Shown: positions 10,034 to 20,924, numbered from the stretch's first letter. The stretch: 58,594 nt of DNA from Actinomycetes bacterium (GCA_021784675.1 JAJYHR010000160.1:1-58594), one strand, 5' to 3'. Notes: generated from the letters alone by a model not told the origin. A program made the numbers and translations.

Positions 10034-10076
10034 CGCTTCAGGTCCTTAGTTAAATCGGTCACTAGCCGACACAAGG

Positions 10077-10895
10077 CTAACATTCTACAGCGATGCCAAG
10101 CTCGTCCGGCTGGAAGCCGGCCCACTCCGCCTCGAATCCGGCCTTGCGGTAGGAGTCGAACACCCAACGCCAGTCGCCGCCATACCCCACCCGCCAGAGG
10201 TAGAGACCTTCGGCAGGCGCCACCGTGGCCAGCCCCGCGCGGTCGAGTCCGGCCAGCCGGCTACCGAAGTCAGCCAGGCCGAGTCGGCCGGTCGCGACCG
10301 CCACCGCGTTTCCCACCAGCCTCCGGACCAGCTGCTGGCAGAAGGAGACGCCGACCACGACAACATCCACGAACCCTTCGGAAACCACCACGTCGCTCCC
10401 GAGCAGCTCCCGCTCGAAGCCGCCGGCGGAACCCGCCTTGCACAGAGCCGAGAAGTCCCGGCGACCCGACGCGGCCGCCAGCGCGGCTTGCAGCAGCCCA
10501 ACATCGATCCCGGTCCCGGCGAGCCACGCCCGCCGGGCATACACAGGGTCGTCGGCGGCAAGCCGGATCCGGTAAAGGTACTGCCGGAAGCGCGCGGAGA
10601 AGCGGGCGTGGAACCCATCCTCCACCGGGAGGATGCCCCTCACCGCAAGGCCGTCGCCGGCCAGCTTTGCGATCCGGCCCCCGATGGTCGGGTTAAGCCG
10701 CTCTTCGCAGCTCAGGACCTGGGCGCGCGCGTGAACGCCAGCGTCGGTCCGGCCGGCGATCGCCAGCTCGATAGGGCGTTGGCAGACAATCGACAGCGCC
10801 TCCCCGATCTGGCCGGCGACCGTCCTCAACCCAGGTTGACGCGCCACCCCATGAAAGGCGGTCCCGTCGTAGCTGACCACGAGGGCGGAAGCCAT
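10077..10895 (-). CDS. truA: tRNA pseudouridine(38-40) synthase
   Basis: Track ORF 10077-11006 is over-extended into rplQ. ATG 10893-10895 gives MASALVVSYDGTAFHGVARQPG... with catalytic GRTDAGVHA. Confidence 0.9.
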   Translation of the reverse strand: MASALVVSYDGTAFHGVARQPGLRTVAGQIGEALSIVCQRPIELAIAGRTDAGVHARAQVLSCEERLNPTIGGRIAKLAGDGLAVRGILPVEDGFHARFSARFRQYLYRIRLAADDPVYARRAWLAGTGIDVGLLQAALAAASGRRDFSALCKAGSAGGFERELLGSDVVVSEGFVDVVVVGVSFCQQLVRRLVGNAVAVATGRLGLADFGSRLAGLDRAGLATVAPAEGLYLWRVGYGGDWRWVFDSYRKAGFEAEWAGFQPDELGIAVEC

Positions 10896-10902
10896 CGCTG
10901 GG

Positions 10903-11259
10903 CTAGACCAGCTCGATGACCACCATGGGAGCGCCGTCGCCGTGCCTCGGACCCTGCTTGAGGATCCGGGTGTAGCCACCCTGCCGGTTCTGGTAGCGCG
11001 GTCCAACGTCGCTGAAGAGCTTGTAGGTGGCGTCCTCGTCCCGCAGGAAGGAGATCACCTGACGCTTGTTGTGAAGGTCACCCTTCTTGGCCTTGGTGAC
11101 CAGCTTCTCCACCACCGGGCGGAGCGCCCTGGCTTTGGCGTCGGTGGTGGTGATCGACTCGGCAGCGATCAACGATGCCGCCAGGTTGGCGAGCATCGCG
11201 CGCTGGTGGGAGGCGTCCTTTCCAAGGCGCTTCCCCCGCTTCGGACGTCCGGGTACCAT
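10903..11259 (-). CDS. rplQ: 50S ribosomal protein L17
   Basis: 118-aa ORF ...[21 protein letters not shown]...GGYTRILK. Confidence 0.96.
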   Translation of the reverse strand: MVPGRPKRGKRLGKDASHQRAMLANLAASLIAAESITTTDAKARALRPVVEKLVTKAKKGDLHNKRQVISFLRDEDATYKLFSDVGPRYQNRQGGYTRILKQGPRHGDGAPMVVIELV

Positions 11260-12197
11260 CAGTCTTTACTCCTCAAGAACAGGCCTCTCTTGGCCAACTT
11301 CTCAGCCACCTCGTCAAGCGACTTCTGTCCAAAGTTGGTGATCGAAAGCAGGTCATCCGGGGTCCGATCGATGAGGTCCCCGATGGAGTTGATCTGCGCC
11401 CGCTTCAGGCAGTTGCGGGGGCGCTCGGTGAGGTCAAGCTCCTCGATCGGCAGGTCGAAGTCGGGAGAGCGCTCCTCGATCCCCTCCTCGTCGGCGAGCA
11501 CCAGCTGCGGTACGTCGGTAGCGAGCTCCGACACCAGCTGGAAGAGCCCGGTTAGCGTGCCCGCCGCCGACGCGAGGGCGTCCCGGGGCGAAACCGAGCC
11601 GTCGGTCTCGACATCAAAGACGATCTCGTCGAAGTCGGTGGCCTGCCCGACCCGGACCGGCGTGACCGTGTAGCTCACGTTCCTCACCGGCGAGAAAATG
11701 GCGTCGATCGGAATGATTCCGATGGTGTTGGTCCGCTTGTTCTTCTCCGCGGAGACGTAGCCGCGGCCCTGCTCGACCACCGCATCAACGGCGAGCCTGC
11801 CCTGCTCGGAGAGCGAGGCGATCTGCAGATCCGGGTTGATGATCTCGACGTCGGAGGAGAGCATGAAGTCCCCGGCCCGGACCACCGCCGGTCCGCGGAC
11901 ATCCAGCCGGATGGTCACCGGCTCGGCGGAGTACGACCTGAGCACGATATCCTTCAGGTTGAGGATGATGTCGATGACATCCTCCTTGACCCCGGGGATG
12001 GTCGAGAACTCGTGCAAGGCGTCGTCGAACCTCACCTGGCTGATCGCCGCTCCCGGGACCGAGGAGATCAGCACCCTTCGCAGCGCATTCCCCACAGAAT
12101 GGCCGAAACCAGGCTCGAGAGGGCCGATGGAGAAGCGCTGCCGGTTGCCCGACTCCTCCTCCAAGATCTCGACCTTTGGCCTTTGAATGATAAGCAT
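11259..12197 (-). CDS. rpoA: DNA-directed RNA polymerase subunit alpha
   Basis: 312-aa ORF with ATG start. [20 protein letters not shown] in the NTD, and a C-terminal CTD helix-hairpin-helix ([22 protein letters not shown]). Confidence 0.97.
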   Translation of the reverse strand: MLIIQRPKVEILEEESGNRQRFSIGPLEPGFGHSVGNALRRVLISSVPGAAISQVRFDDALHEFSTIPGVKEDVIDIILNLKDIVLRSYSAEPVTIRLDVRGPAVVRAGDFMLSSDVEIINPDLQIASLSEQGRLAVDAVVEQGRGYVSAEKNKRTNTIGIIPIDAIFSPVRNVSYTVTPVRVGQATDFDEIVFDVETDGSVSPRDALASAAGTLTGLFQLVSELATDVPQLVLADEEGIEERSPDFDLPIEELDLTERPRNCLKRAQINSIGDLIDRTPDDLLSITNFGQKSLDEVAEKLAKRGLFLRSKD

Positions 12198-12236
12198 CCC
12201 TAGATCCTTTTTCCTTGTTCTGGGCTCGCCGCCCGG

Positions 12237-12863
12237 CTACTTCGAATACAGCTCGACGATCAGCTGTTCCCGAACGTCGGTGTCGATCTGCTCCCGCAGC
12301 GGTGGGTTGAGAACGCGAACCCCGGCGCCACCCTCGATCCGCTCCAGCCAGGCTGGAACCTCGTGGTTGACGACCTCCCGGTTGAACTCGATGATGGCGA
12401 GCTCGCGTGAGGACTGCTTGAGTGCCACCGTGCTTCCCGACTTCACTGTGAAGCTGGGGATGTCGACGCGCTTGCCGTCCACCAGGAGGTGGCCGTGCTT
12501 GACCAGCTGCCTCGCCTGCGCGCGGGAAGCGGCTATGCCAGCGCGGTAGACCACGTTGTCAAGCCTCAACTCCAGAAGCTGGAGCAGCCGCTCACCGGTG
12601 AGACCCTGCTGCTTGGCCGCCACCCGGTAGGTGCGGGAGAACTGCTTGCCGAGCACGCCGTAGGTGCGCCGGGCCTTCTGCTTCTCCCTGAGCTGCTGTG
12701 AGTACTCCGAGGGCTGCCGTTGCCGGTCGCGGCCATGCTCGCCCGGGGGGAACCGCCCGATGGTAATCGGGCACTTGGCGCTCATGCACTTCGGCCCCTT
12801 CAGGAAGAGCTTGGTCCGCTCCCGCCTGCACAGCCTGCATACCGGACCGGTATAGCGCGCCAC
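12237..12863 (-). CDS. rpsD: 30S ribosomal protein S4
   Basis: GTG 12861-12863 gives (M)ARYTGPVCRLCRRERTKLFLKG... It overlaps the rpsK stop by 1 nt (TAGTG). The track ORF start at 12893 is over-extended. Confidence 0.95.
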   Translation of the reverse strand: MARYTGPVCRLCRRERTKLFLKGPKCMSAKCPITIGRFPPGEHGRDRQRQPSEYSQQLREKQKARRTYGVLGKQFSRTYRVAAKQQGLTGERLLQLLELRLDNVVYRAGIAASRAQARQLVKHGHLLVDGKRVDIPSFTVKSGSTVALKQSSRELAIIEFNREVVNHEVPAWLERIEGGAGVRVLNPPLREQIDTDVREQLIVELYSK

Positions 12864-13261
12864 TAGACCCTTCTCCTCTTCTTTGGCCTGCACCCGTTGT
12901 GCGGGATCGGCGTGACGTCCCTGATCGACCTGATCTCGATGCCGGCGCTGGAGAGCGCCTTGTGGGCGGTCTCCCGGCCCGAACCGGGACCCTTGAGCTC
13001 CACATCGACCTCGCGGACGCCGTGCTCCATGGCCCGGCGCGCGCAGGTCTCGCCGGCCACCTGCGCGGCAAACGGCGTGGACTTCCGCGATCCCTTGAAC
13101 CCCACGTTCCCAGACGAAGCCCAGGCGATCACGTTGCCGGAGGCGTCGGTGATGGTAACGATGGTGTTGTTAAACGAGGAGTGGATGTGCGCAACTCCCC
13201 GAGCTATATTCTTTCTCTCTCTTTTCCGGGGTCTTCTGCCCCCCGGCCGTGGCTTCGCCAT
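12863..13261 (-). CDS. rpsK: 30S ribosomal protein S11
   Basis: 132-aa ORF ...[30 protein letters not shown]... Confidence 0.97.
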   Translation of the reverse strand: MAKPRPGGRRPRKRERKNIARGVAHIHSSFNNTIVTITDASGNVIAWASSGNVGFKGSRKSTPFAAQVAGETCARRAMEHGVREVDVELKGPGSGRETAHKALSSAGIEIRSIRDVTPIPHNGCRPKKRRRV

Positions 13262-13298
13262 GTTCTCCTTCCGACCAGCACCGCGGCGCGCGGCCTGC

Positions 13299-13676
13299 CT
13301 AGCGCTTTACCTTCTTCTTCCCGGCCACCGTCTTGCGCGGTCCCTTGCGGGTCCGGGCGTTAGTGTGCGTCCGCTGGCCCCGGACCGGGAGGCCCCGCCG
13401 GTGCCGTACGCCCACGTAGCAGCCGATCTGAACCTTGCGTTTGATGTTCTGATCGACCTCGCGCCGGAGATCGCCCTCGACCTTGAGGTTCTGGTCGATG
13501 TAGGAGCGGAGCCTGAGCACCTCGTCTTCGGTAAGATCGCGGACCCGGGTATCCGGGTTGACACCGCTCGCCTCCACGATCTCCTTCGCCTTGGTCACGC
13601 CGATCCCGAAGATGTAGGTAAGGGCAACCTCTACCCGCTTCTCGCGGGGAATATCTACTCCCGCAATACGAGCCAT
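13299..13676 (-). CDS. rpsM: 30S ribosomal protein S13
   Basis: 125-aa [29 protein letters not shown]... Confidence 0.97.
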   Translation of the reverse strand: MARIAGVDIPREKRVEVALTYIFGIGVTKAKEIVEASGVNPDTRVRDLTEDEVLRLRSYIDQNLKVEGDLRREVDQNIKRKVQIGCYVGVRHRRGLPVRGQRTHTNARTRKGPRKTVAGKKKVKR

Positions 13677-13678
13677 GC

Positions 13679-13792
13679 CTAGCCCTGCCGCTGCTTGTGC
13701 CGGGGGTTCTCGCAGATGACCAGAACCCGCCGCTCCCTGCGGATGATCTTACACTTCTCGCAGATCGGCTTGACGCTTGGTCTCACCTTCAT
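13679..13792 (-). CDS. rpmJ: 50S ribosomal protein L36
   Basis: Too short for the ORF track. Manual translation gives [37 protein letters not shown] (37 aa, C-C-C-H zinc motif). Confidence 0.95.
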   Translation of the reverse strand: MKVRPSVKPICEKCKIIRRERRVLVICENPRHKQRQG

Positions 13793-13836
13793 GATCGCTC
13801 CTTAGCCTCTCCCAATGCCGCCGGTCAACCCAGCGC

Positions 13837-14061
13837 TTACTTGTACCGGTAGGTGATCCGACCCCGGGTCAGATCGTACGGGGTGAACTCGACCTGAACC
13901 TTGTCCCCGGGAAGGATCCGGATGCGGTGCATCCGCATCTTTCCGGAGCTGTGGGCCAACACCTTGAGCCCGTTCTCCAACTCAACCCGAAACATCGCGT
14001 TCGGCAACGGTTCAACAACCGTACCCTCGAGGACAATGGTGTCCTCCTTACCCTTTGCCAG
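13837..14061 (-). CDS. infA: translation initiation factor IF-1 (apparent CTG start)
   Basis: Not in the ORF track. Manual translation gives (L/M)[79 protein letters not shown] (14067-14072) lies 5 nt upstream of CTG 14059-14061, and an in-frame TAG lies 3 codons upstream. Confidence 0.9.
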   Translation of the reverse strand: MAKGKEDTIVLEGTVVEPLPNAMFRVELENGLKVLAHSSGKMRMHRIRILPGDKVQVEFTPYDLTRGRITYRYK

Positions 14062-14192
14062 CTGTTCCTCCTAATGAGATCTGCACCGCTCGGCCCTCCA
14101 CGAAGCCGTCTCCGTCATTAAAGCGCGCAGAGGTCATATTATGGCACGATAGGCTGCCATAGCAGTATAGCTGGCCAGGCACCTGCCGCTCC

Positions 14193-14933
14193 CTACTTGG
14201 TGAAGATCTCAGGGCCGTCCTCCGTAATAGCGATGGTGTGCTCGAAGTGCGCCGCCCAGGTCCCATCGGCGGTGACGACGCTCCACCCGTCGGAGAGCAC
14301 CACCGTATCCTCGCCCCCCAAGGTCAGCATCGGCTCGACCGCGTAGACCTCGCTGGCCCGGAGCACCGGACCCGGCCGTCCGGGCCAGAAGTTAGGGACG
14401 TTGGGAGCCTCGTGCATCTCGGTGCCGATACCGTGCCCTACGTAATCCCGGATCACCCCGAGCCCCGCCCGTTTGGCGACCGTCTCGACCGCCCTTCCGA
14501 TGTCGTGGAGATGATTGCCGGCGACCATCTGGTCGATGCCCGCAAACAGCGACTCCTCGGTAACCTCCATCAAACGACTGGCAGTCCGAGAGACCTCGCC
14601 CACTCCCACCGTGATCGCCGCGTCGCCGTGGTAGCCCTCCACGATGGCACCGGCATCGATGGAGACGATGTCCCCCTCCTCCAGCCGGACACTCCGGGCA
14701 GGAATGCCATGGACGATGGTGCTGTTCTTGGAGGTGCAGATCACCGCCGGGAAACCATTGTACCCGAGAAAGTTGGAACGCGCGCCAAAGCGCTCGATCA
14801 CCTCCCTCGCCACCCGGTCCAGCTCGAAGGTGGTGATCCCCGGGCGGATCGCCTCCCGGGTAGCCTCGAGCATGGCCGCCACCACCTTGCCGGCCTTCCG
14901 CATCGACTCGAGCTCCTTAGGAGTCCTGACCAC
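14193..14933 (-). CDS. map: type I methionyl aminopeptidase
   Basis: 246-aa ORF with GTG start. (M)VRTPKELESMRKAGKVVA..., and metal ligands in DIVSIDAG / GHGIG / FEHT contexts. It overlaps the adk 3' end by 17 nt. Confidence 0.95.
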   Translation of the reverse strand: MVRTPKELESMRKAGKVVAAMLEATREAIRPGITTFELDRVAREVIERFGARSNFLGYNGFPAVICTSKNSTIVHGIPARSVRLEEGDIVSIDAGAIVEGYHGDAAITVGVGEVSRTASRLMEVTEESLFAGIDQMVAGNHLHDIGRAVETVAKRAGLGVIRDYVGHGIGTEMHEAPNVPNFWPGRPGPVLRASEVYAVEPMLTLGGEDTVVLSDGWSVVTADGTWAAHFEHTIAITEDGPEIFTK

Positions 14934-15612
14934 CGAATACCTGCCCTTCTATACCGCGGCCGCGCAGAGCGGCGAGGATCCGCTCCATCACCTCATCCAG
15001 GGATCCGATGCCGTCGACTACTTCGAGGAGCCCAAGCCGCCGGTAGTACTCGGTTAGCGGGCGGGTCATCTCCTCGTAGAGCTCGAGCCGCCGCGAGATC
15101 GCCTCCTCGGTATCGTCAGGGCGCTGGACGATTTCGCCACCGCACACGTCGCAGATACCCTCCACCCTTGGAAACACTTCGACCGAGTAGTTCGCACCGC
15201 ACACGGCGCAGACCCGCCGCGAGAAGAGCCGAGCCTTCACCACCTCTAGCGGAACGTCCAGATCGACCACCGCCAGCAGCCCGCCTGGCGCCAAGATCTC
15301 CTGCAAAGCACCGGCCTGCGCAACCGTACGCGGGAAGCCGTCAAGAATGAAGCCGCGGACCCGCGTGTCGTTCTCACCGAGCCGCTCGGAGACTACACCC
15401 GTAATCACCTCGTCGCTCACCAGCTCGCCACGCTCCATGAACTCGCTGGCCTTCTGGCCAAACGGGGTATTCGCGCGCACCGCCGCCCTGAGCATATCTC
15501 CGGTGGAGATGTGGGGAATGGCGAAGTGATGGGACAGCCGGACGCACTGCGTTCCCTTGCCGGCCCCTTGCCGGCCCAGCATCGCCAGCCGAATTGGGTG
15601 CGGCCCGTCCAT
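14917..15612 (-). CDS. adk: adenylate kinase (Cys4 zinc lid form)
   Basis: 231-aa ORF with P-loop LGRQGAGKGTQ and lid CAVCG...CDVCGG. Its ATG directly abuts the secY stop. Confidence 0.95.
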   Translation of the reverse strand: MDGPHPIRLAMLGRQGAGKGTQCVRLSHHFAIPHISTGDMLRAAVRANTPFGQKASEFMERGELVSDEVITGVVSERLGENDTRVRGFILDGFPRTVAQAGALQEILAPGGLLAVVDLDVPLEVVKARLFSRRVCAVCGANYSVEVFPRVEGICDVCGGEIVQRPDDTEEAISRRLELYEEMTRPLTEYYRRLGLLEVVDGIGSLDEVMERILAALRGRGIEGQVFGGQDS

Positions 15613-16908
15613 CTACTTCAAGAATCCCCGATAGTTTCTCATCGTCAGCTGGGAGTTCACCTGCTTGACCGTCTCCAGCGCGACCCCCACCGCGATCAGG
15701 ATGGTGGTCCCGGCGTAGGGGTATGAGGTAATATGCCACGCTGCCAGCAGTATCGACGGGATCACCGCGACCGCCGCCAAAAAGAGGGCGCCCGGCAGCG
15801 TGATCCGGTTGAGAATCTGGGTCAGGTATCGCTGCGTCGGCGGCCCCGGCCGGACGGTGGGGATATAGCCGTTCTGCTTCCGGATCACCTCCGACTGCTG
15901 GTACGGATCGAAGGCGACCGTCACGTAGAAGAAGGTGAAGACGATGATCAGGAGCGCGTAGCTAAGGATATAGAAGCCGCTAGTGGCGTTGAGAAGGTGG
16001 TTGTTGACGAAGGTGCGCAGCGGCGTCCACGGAATGATGTTGGAGAGCAACACCGGAAAGTAGAGAATCGAGGAGGCGAAGATGATCGGGATCACGCCCG
16101 CCTGGTTTACCTTGAGCGGGATGTAGGTGTTCCCCCCCTCGTACATCCGCCGTCCCACGACCCGCCGGGCAAAGACGACCGGAATCCGCCGCTGCCCCTG
16201 CTCGACAAAGACGATCGCCACCAGGAGCGCCACCACAACGAGCACGATAACCACGAACTTGGCGGTGCCCGCCTGGTCCAGGATCAGCCGCCCGCCGGTA
16301 GGAATCGAGGAGACCACGTTGGCAAAGATCAGGATCGACATCCCCTGCCCGATCCCGCGCTCGGTGATCAGCTCGCCCATCCACATCACCAGGCCGGTGC
16401 CCGCGGTGAGCGTGATGATGATGAACGCCACCCTCCCGATCGTGAACTGGGGGATGAGGTTCAGCGACGATCCGTTGGTAAGAAAGATACCGAGGCCGGA
16501 GTGGAATACGAAGACCAGCCCGGTCGCCTGGAGCAGCGCGAGCCCAATCGTCAGGTACCTGGTGGTCTGGGTGATCTTGCGCTCGCCGGCCCCACCCTGA
16601 TCCCGCCACTGCGACAGCTTGGGAATGACGCCGGTCAACAGCTGGATGATGATGGAGGAGGTGATGTAGGGCATCACTCCCAGCCCAAAGAGGGCCGCCC
16701 TGGAGAGTGCCCCTCCCGAGAAGAGGTTGAGGAAGCCGAAGACACCCTGTCCCTGGGACTGCTGGATCAGCAGGTGGATCTGCGAATAGCTGATCCCAGG
16801 CACCGGGATATTCGACCCCAGCTGGTAAAGGCCGACCATGAGCAACGTGAAAAGGACCTTATTCCTAAGGTCCTTGACACGGAATACGTTGAGAAAATTC
16901 TCTAGCAA
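15613..16908 (-). CDS. secY: preprotein translocase subunit SecY
   Basis: 431-aa multi-TM ORF. TTG start at 16906-16908, with GGAG 5 nt upstream. Confidence 0.96.
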   Translation of the reverse strand: MLENFLNVFRVKDLRNKVLFTLLMVGLYQLGSNIPVPGISYSQIHLLIQQSQGQGVFGFLNLFSGGALSRAALFGLGVMPYITSSIIIQLLTGVIPKLSQWRDQGGAGERKITQTTRYLTIGLALLQATGLVFVFHSGLGIFLTNGSSLNLIPQFTIGRVAFIIITLTAGTGLVMWMGELITERGIGQGMSILIFANVVSSIPTGGRLILDQAGTAKFVVIVLVVVALLVAIVFVEQGQRRIPVVFARRVVGRRMYEGGNTYIPLKVNQAGVIPIIFASSILYFPVLLSNIIPWTPLRTFVNNHLLNATSGFYILSYALLIIVFTFFYVTVAFDPYQQSEVIRKQNGYIPTVRPGPPTQRYLTQILNRITLPGALFLAAVAVIPSILLAAWHITSYPYAGTTILIAVGVALETVKQVNSQLTMRNYRGFLK

Positions 16909-16929
16909 TGGATCTCCGGATCGCAGTGG

Positions 16930-17430
16930 TTAGCGGTTCATCAAAGCATTTCCGCTTGCCGCCGGGCGTCCCGACTTGAACGGTAGCTCGATCTCTTCAG
17001 CCGTCCCGCCAACTGATTCTATCCTATCGCGGGCCGATTTTGAAAACCGGTGCGCCTTCACCGTGACCGCCGCATCGAGGTCGCCGTTGGCAAGCACCTT
17101 GACCAGCGAACCCTTGCGAACTACTCCAGCGGCCAGCAGCGCCTCGACATCGACCACGGCAGTGCCGGCAGCCGCCAGCCGCGCGAGGTCGTCGAGACCG
17201 ACCACCGAGTACTCGACCCGGAAGGGATTGGAGAACCCCTTCAACTTCGGGATCCGCTGGGTCAGGGGAAGCTGGCCACCCTCGAAACCGACCGGGATGG
17301 TGTCGCGAGCACCCTGGCCCTTGGTCCCGCGGCCGGCGGTCTTCCCGCCCTTGCCTCCGATTCCTCGCCCTACCCGCCGCTTCGGATGCTTGGCGCCCGG
17401 GGCCGGCTTCAGATCGTGAAGATAGATCAC
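16930..17430 (-). CDS. rplO: 50S ribosomal protein L15
   Basis: 166-aa ORF ...[36 protein letters not shown]. The GTG start overlaps the rpmD stop (GTGA). Confidence 0.96.
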   Translation of the reverse strand: MIYLHDLKPAPGAKHPKRRVGRGIGGKGGKTAGRGTKGQGARDTIPVGFEGGQLPLTQRIPKLKGFSNPFRVEYSVVGLDDLARLAAAGTAVVDVEALLAAGVVRKGSLVKVLANGDLDAAVTVKAHRFSKSARDRIESVGGTAEEIELPFKSGRPAASGNALMNR

Positions 17431-17627
17431 GACTCCTCCTCGACATCTACAGCTTCAACCGCCACCAGGTGCGAAACCCGGGCGATCATTCCGCGAACCG
17501 ACGGGGAGTCGGCCAAGACCCGCTCGCGACCGATCCGGCCGAGCCCGAGCGCGCGCAGCGTCCCCCGGTGCACCGGCTTCGATCCGATCTGGGAGCGGAC
17601 CTGCTTCACCCTGAGCGCGCTACTCAC
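17427..17627 (-). CDS. rpmD: 50S ribosomal protein L30
   Basis: Track ORF 17427-17723 is over-extended through rpsE. GTG 17625-17627 gives (M)[36 protein letters not shown]... (66 aa). Confidence 0.88.
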   Translation of the reverse strand: MSSALRVKQVRSQIGSKPVHRGTLRALGLGRIGRERVLADSPSVRGMIARVSHLVAVEAVDVEEES

Positions 17628-18162
17628 CGTGCGACTCCTTCCGCTGGCTGCGCTCGCGGTACGCCGCGAGCATCCCCTTCGGGGCCACCTGATCCGCGTA
17701 CTTGCCGCGGGCCGCCGCGACATCGTCGGGGCTCATCAGCTTGGAGAGCCCATCCATGGTGGCGTGGGCGACGTTGATCCCGTTCGACGAGCCCAGCGAC
17801 TTGGCGAGCACATCGGTGATCCCCGCCATCTCCAGGATTATCCGCGCGGCACCGCCGGCGATCACACCGGTGCCCGGGGCCGCCGGCTTCAGCAGCACCC
17901 GCCCGGCTCCCGCCTCGCCGATAACGGGGTGGGTGATGGTCGTCCCGGCCAGCGGCACCTTGACCGCTTTGCGCCGGGCCTCCTCCACCCCCTTCTGGAC
18001 GGCGATGCTCGCCTCCTTGGCCTTTCCATAACCGATCCCCACCCGGCCGTCACGGTCGCCGACGACCATGAGCGCAGTAAAGGAGAACCTTCGCCCACCC
18101 TTCACCACCTTGGAGACCCGGTTGACCTTGATGGTCCGATCTTCGAACTGGCTTTCGGCCAC
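17620..18162 (-). CDS. rpsE: 30S ribosomal protein S5
   Basis: 180-aa ORF ...[26 protein letters not shown]... The GTG start overlaps the rplR stop by 1 nt. Confidence 0.97.
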   Translation of the reverse strand: MAESQFEDRTIKVNRVSKVVKGGRRFSFTALMVVGDRDGRVGIGYGKAKEASIAVQKGVEEARRKAVKVPLAGTTITHPVIGEAGAGRVLLKPAAPGTGVIAGGAARIILEMAGITDVLAKSLGSSNGINVAHATMDGLSKLMSPDDVAAARGKYADQVAPKGMLAAYRERSQRKESHGE

Positions 18163-18521
18163 TAAAACTCCAATCCCGACTCGCGGGCCGCGTCGGCGAG
18201 CGCCGCAACCCGACCGTGATACTGGAAACCACCGCGATCGAAGACGACCTCGCGAACTCCGGCCGAGATCGCCCGTTCGGCGACCAAGCGCCCCACGCCC
18301 GCGGCCGCCTCGCAGTTCGAGGTGGCGCTACCTCTCAGCCCCGCCTCGATAGTCGACGCCGACGCCACGGTAACGCCCTTCGAGTCGTCGATCACCTGGG
18401 CGATAACGTGCCGGTTCGACCGGTAGACGGCAAGCCTCGGCCTGGCCGCAGTGCCCGACACCTTGGTGCGAACCCGGGAGTGCCTCCTCGCGATCGCGCT
18501 CATCCGCTTCTTACCTGCCAT
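18162..18521 (-). CDS. rplR: 50S ribosomal protein L18
   Basis: 119-aa ORF ...[34 protein letters not shown]... Confidence 0.97.
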   Translation of the reverse strand: MAGKKRMSAIARRHSRVRTKVSGTAARPRLAVYRSNRHVIAQVIDDSKGVTVASASTIEAGLRGSATSNCEAAAGVGRLVAERAISAGVREVVFDRGGFQYHGRVAALADAARESGLEF

Positions 18522-18528
18522 TTGCGAC

Positions 18529-19068
18529 CTACTTCCCGGCCTTTCCGACCTTGCGGCGCACCCGCTCGCCCTCGTACCTGACGCCCTTGCCCTTGTACGG
18601 CTCCGGCTTGCGGATCTTCCTGATGTTGGCGGCCACCTGGCCCACCAGCTCCTTGTCGATACCCTTCACCACGATCCGCGTGGGAGTTGGAGTCTCGAAG
18701 CCGATGCCCGCCGGCGCCTCCACGATGACCTGGTGCGAGAAGCCGAGCGACAGCTCGAGCTGGCTCGGGGACTTCGCCTGCGCCCGGTAGCCCACGCCCA
18801 CGATGTCCAGGTTCTTGGTGAAGCCTCCGGTGACCCCGGCCACCATGTTCGCCACCAGCGTGCGCGACAGCCCGTGCATCGCCCGCGCCGTCCTCGAGTC
18901 GTCCCTGCGCTCGATCTGGAGGGAGCCATCGCCGGCCACCACGCTAACCTCCAAAGGGAGCACCCGGTTGAGGACACCCATCGGGCCCTCGACCCTGATG
19001 GCGCTGCCATCGAGCGCGACCTTCACGTTGTCCGGCACCGCTACCGGCTGCTTACCTATACGCGACAC
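18529..19068 (-). CDS. rplF: 50S ribosomal protein L6
   Basis: GTG 19066-19068 gives (M)[16 protein letters not shown]..., with GGAGG 5 nt upstream. The track start at 19086 overlaps the rpsH 3' end (its TAG stop is at 19080-19082) and is rejected. Confidence 0.93.
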   Translation of the reverse strand: MSRIGKQPVAVPDNVKVALDGSAIRVEGPMGVLNRVLPLEVSVVAGDGSLQIERRDDSRTARAMHGLSRTLVANMVAGVTGGFTKNLDIVGVGYRAQAKSPSQLELSLGFSHQVIVEAPAGIGFETPTPTRIVVKGIDKELVGQVAANIRKIRKPEPYKGKGVRYEGERVRRKVGKAGK

Positions 19069-19079
19069 TCGAACCTCCT

Positions 19080-19490
19080 CTACCACACATGGCAGATAAC
19101 CTCGCCGCCGACGCCCTGCCTGCGCGCGTCCCGGTCGGTCATGAGACCCTTGGACGTGGAAAGCACGGCGATGCCCATGCCCCCCAGCACCCGCTGGACC
19201 GAAGCCGCCTGGGTGTAGACCCGCAGCCCCGGCTTGGAGACCCGCTTGATCCCGTTGATCGCGGCCCGGTTGCGCCGGTCGCCAACGTAGCGCATCTTCA
19301 CTTCGAGAACGGATCCCGGCCGGGGATCGGCCGAAACAACCCGGTAGTCGTCGATGTAACCCTCCTGCTTGAGGATCTCGGCGATCGCCTCCTTGATCTT
19401 CGAACCGGGCATCCTGACGGTATCGTGGCGCACCTTGCTCGCGTTGCGAAGCCGGGTGAGCATATCGGCGATAGGATCGGTCATACTCAT
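19080..19490 (-). CDS. rpsH: 30S ribosomal protein S8
   Basis: The track ORF is over-extended to 19568. ATG 19488-19490 (or 19482-19484) gives [17 protein letters not shown]... Confidence 0.94.
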   Translation of the reverse strand: MSMTDPIADMLTRLRNASKVRHDTVRMPGSKIKEAIAEILKQEGYIDDYRVVSADPRPGSVLEVKMRYVGDRRNRAAINGIKRVSKPGLRVYTQAASVQRVLGGMGIAVLSTSKGLMTDRDARRQGVGGEVICHVW

Positions 19491-19498
19491 GTGGCCTC

Positions 19499-19684
19499 CT
19501 ACCAGCTTGCCTTGGTAACGCCGGGGACCTCGCCCTGATGGACCATCATCCTCAGGCAGATACGGCACAACCCGAACTTCCTATAGACAGCGTGCGGTCT
19601 ACCGCACCGCTGGCACCTGGTGTAGGCCCGCACCCGGTACTTGGGAACCCGCTGCTGCTTCGCCCTCAGAGCCTTGGTGGCCAT
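19499..19684 (-). CDS. rpsN: 30S ribosomal protein S14, type Z (zinc-ribbon form)
   Basis: 61-aa ORF with [20 protein letters not shown]. Confidence 0.96.
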   Translation of the reverse strand: MATKALRAKQQRVPKYRVRAYTRCQRCGRPHAVYRKFGLCRICLRMMVHQGEVPGVTKASW

Positions 19685-20254
19685 CTAGAGACCTTCCTTT
19701 CGAAACGGAAAGCCGAACGCAGCTAGCAGGGCTCTCCCCTGGTCGTCGCTCGTTGCGCTCGTAACGATCGTTATATCCATGCCCCGAGTGGCGTCGATCT
19801 TGTCGTAATCGATCTCCGCGAAGATGAGCTGCTCGTTGACACCGAAGCTGTAGTTGCCCTTCCCATCGAAGGAGCGCGGGTTCAGCCCACGGAAGTCGCG
19901 GATCCGCGGGATGGCGACGGCGATCAGCCTGTCCAGGAACTCCCACATCCGATCCCCGCGCAGGGTGACCATCGCTCCGATCGCCATCCCCTCCCGCAGC
20001 TTGAAGGCGGCGATCGACTTACGCGCCCGCCGGACCATCGGCTTCTGACCGGTTATCGCCTCCAGGTCGCGGAGAGCCCCCTCGAGCAGTGACTGCTGCT
20101 GCGTAGCCCGCCCAACACCCATGTTCACGACGATCTTCACCAAGCCAGGAACCTGGTGGACGTTGGCGAGACCAAGCTCCTCGAGGAGCCCGCCCTTGAC
20201 CTCCTGCTCGTACTTGAGCTTCAGTCTTGGCTTCTCAGGGGCCACGGTGCTCAC
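19685..20254 (-). CDS. rplE: 50S ribosomal protein L5
   Basis: 189-aa ORF ...[11 protein letters not shown]...VVNMGVG... The GTG start overlaps the rplX stop (GTGA). Confidence 0.97.
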   Translation of the reverse strand: MSTVAPEKPRLKLKYEQEVKGGLLEELGLANVHQVPGLVKIVVNMGVGRATQQQSLLEGALRDLEAITGQKPMVRRARKSIAAFKLREGMAIGAMVTLRGDRMWEFLDRLIAVAIPRIRDFRGLNPRSFDGKGNYSFGVNEQLIFAEIDYDKIDATRGMDITIVTSATSDDQGRALLAAFGFPFRKEGL

Positions 20255-20556
20255 AGATCACCTCCGCACTTCTTGCAGACCCGGACCCGCTTGCCGAAAT
20301 CGTCGGCTCGAACCCCAATCCGGGTAGGACCACACTTCTTGCAGATGACCGCCACGTTCGACGCGTCCACCGGCATCAGCTTGTCCACTATGCCGCCGGG
20401 GGTCGAGTTGTCTCGGGGCTTGGTATGCCGCTTAACCACGTTGACACCCTCGACGATCACCTTGCCCTTTCGCGGCAAGGAGATGCTGACGACCCCTTCG
20501 CGACCCTTGTCCTTGCCGGTAAGCACCCGAACCCGGTCACCGCTGCGCAGGCGCAT
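20251..20556 (-). CDS. rplX: 50S ribosomal protein L24 (with C-terminal Cys4 ribbon)
   Basis: [23 protein letters not shown]..., ending [31 protein letters not shown]. Start is ATG 20554-20556, or GTG one codon upstream. Confidence 0.95.
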   Translation of the reverse strand: MRLRSGDRVRVLTGKDKGREGVVSISLPRKGKVIVEGVNVVKRHTKPRDNSTPGGIVDKLMPVDASNVAVICKKCGPTRIGVRADDFGKRVRVCKKCGGDL

Positions 20557-20924
20557 CACAACACCTCCGGTGCAAGCGAGACGATCCTCATAAAGCGCTT
20601 CTCCCGAAGCTCGCGCCCGACCGGCCCGAAGATGCGGGTGCCCCGCGGCTGTAGCTGGTCGTTGATCAGCACCGCCGCGTTCTCGTCGAAACGGATGTAG
20701 CTACCGTCGGCACGCCTGGTCTCCTTGCGGGTCCTCACCACCACGCACTTGACCACGTCACCCTTCTTCACCGCTGCACCGGGCATCGCCTCCTTTACGG
20801 TAGCGACGAAAATATCGCCGATGCTGGCGTAGCGCCTGCGGCTCCCGCCGAGAACGCGGATGCAGAGAACCTCTTTGGCTCCCGAGTTGTCTGCCACCTT
20901 GAGGCGGCTCTCCTGCTGGATCAT
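20556..20924 (-). CDS. rplN: 50S ribosomal protein L14
   Basis: 122-aa [30 protein letters not shown]... Confidence 0.98.
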   Translation of the reverse strand: MIQQESRLKVADNSGAKEVLCIRVLGGSRRRYASIGDIFVATVKEAMPGAAVKKGDVVKCVVVRTRKETRRADGSYIRFDENAAVLINDQLQPRGTRIFGPVGRELREKRFMRIVSLAPEVL

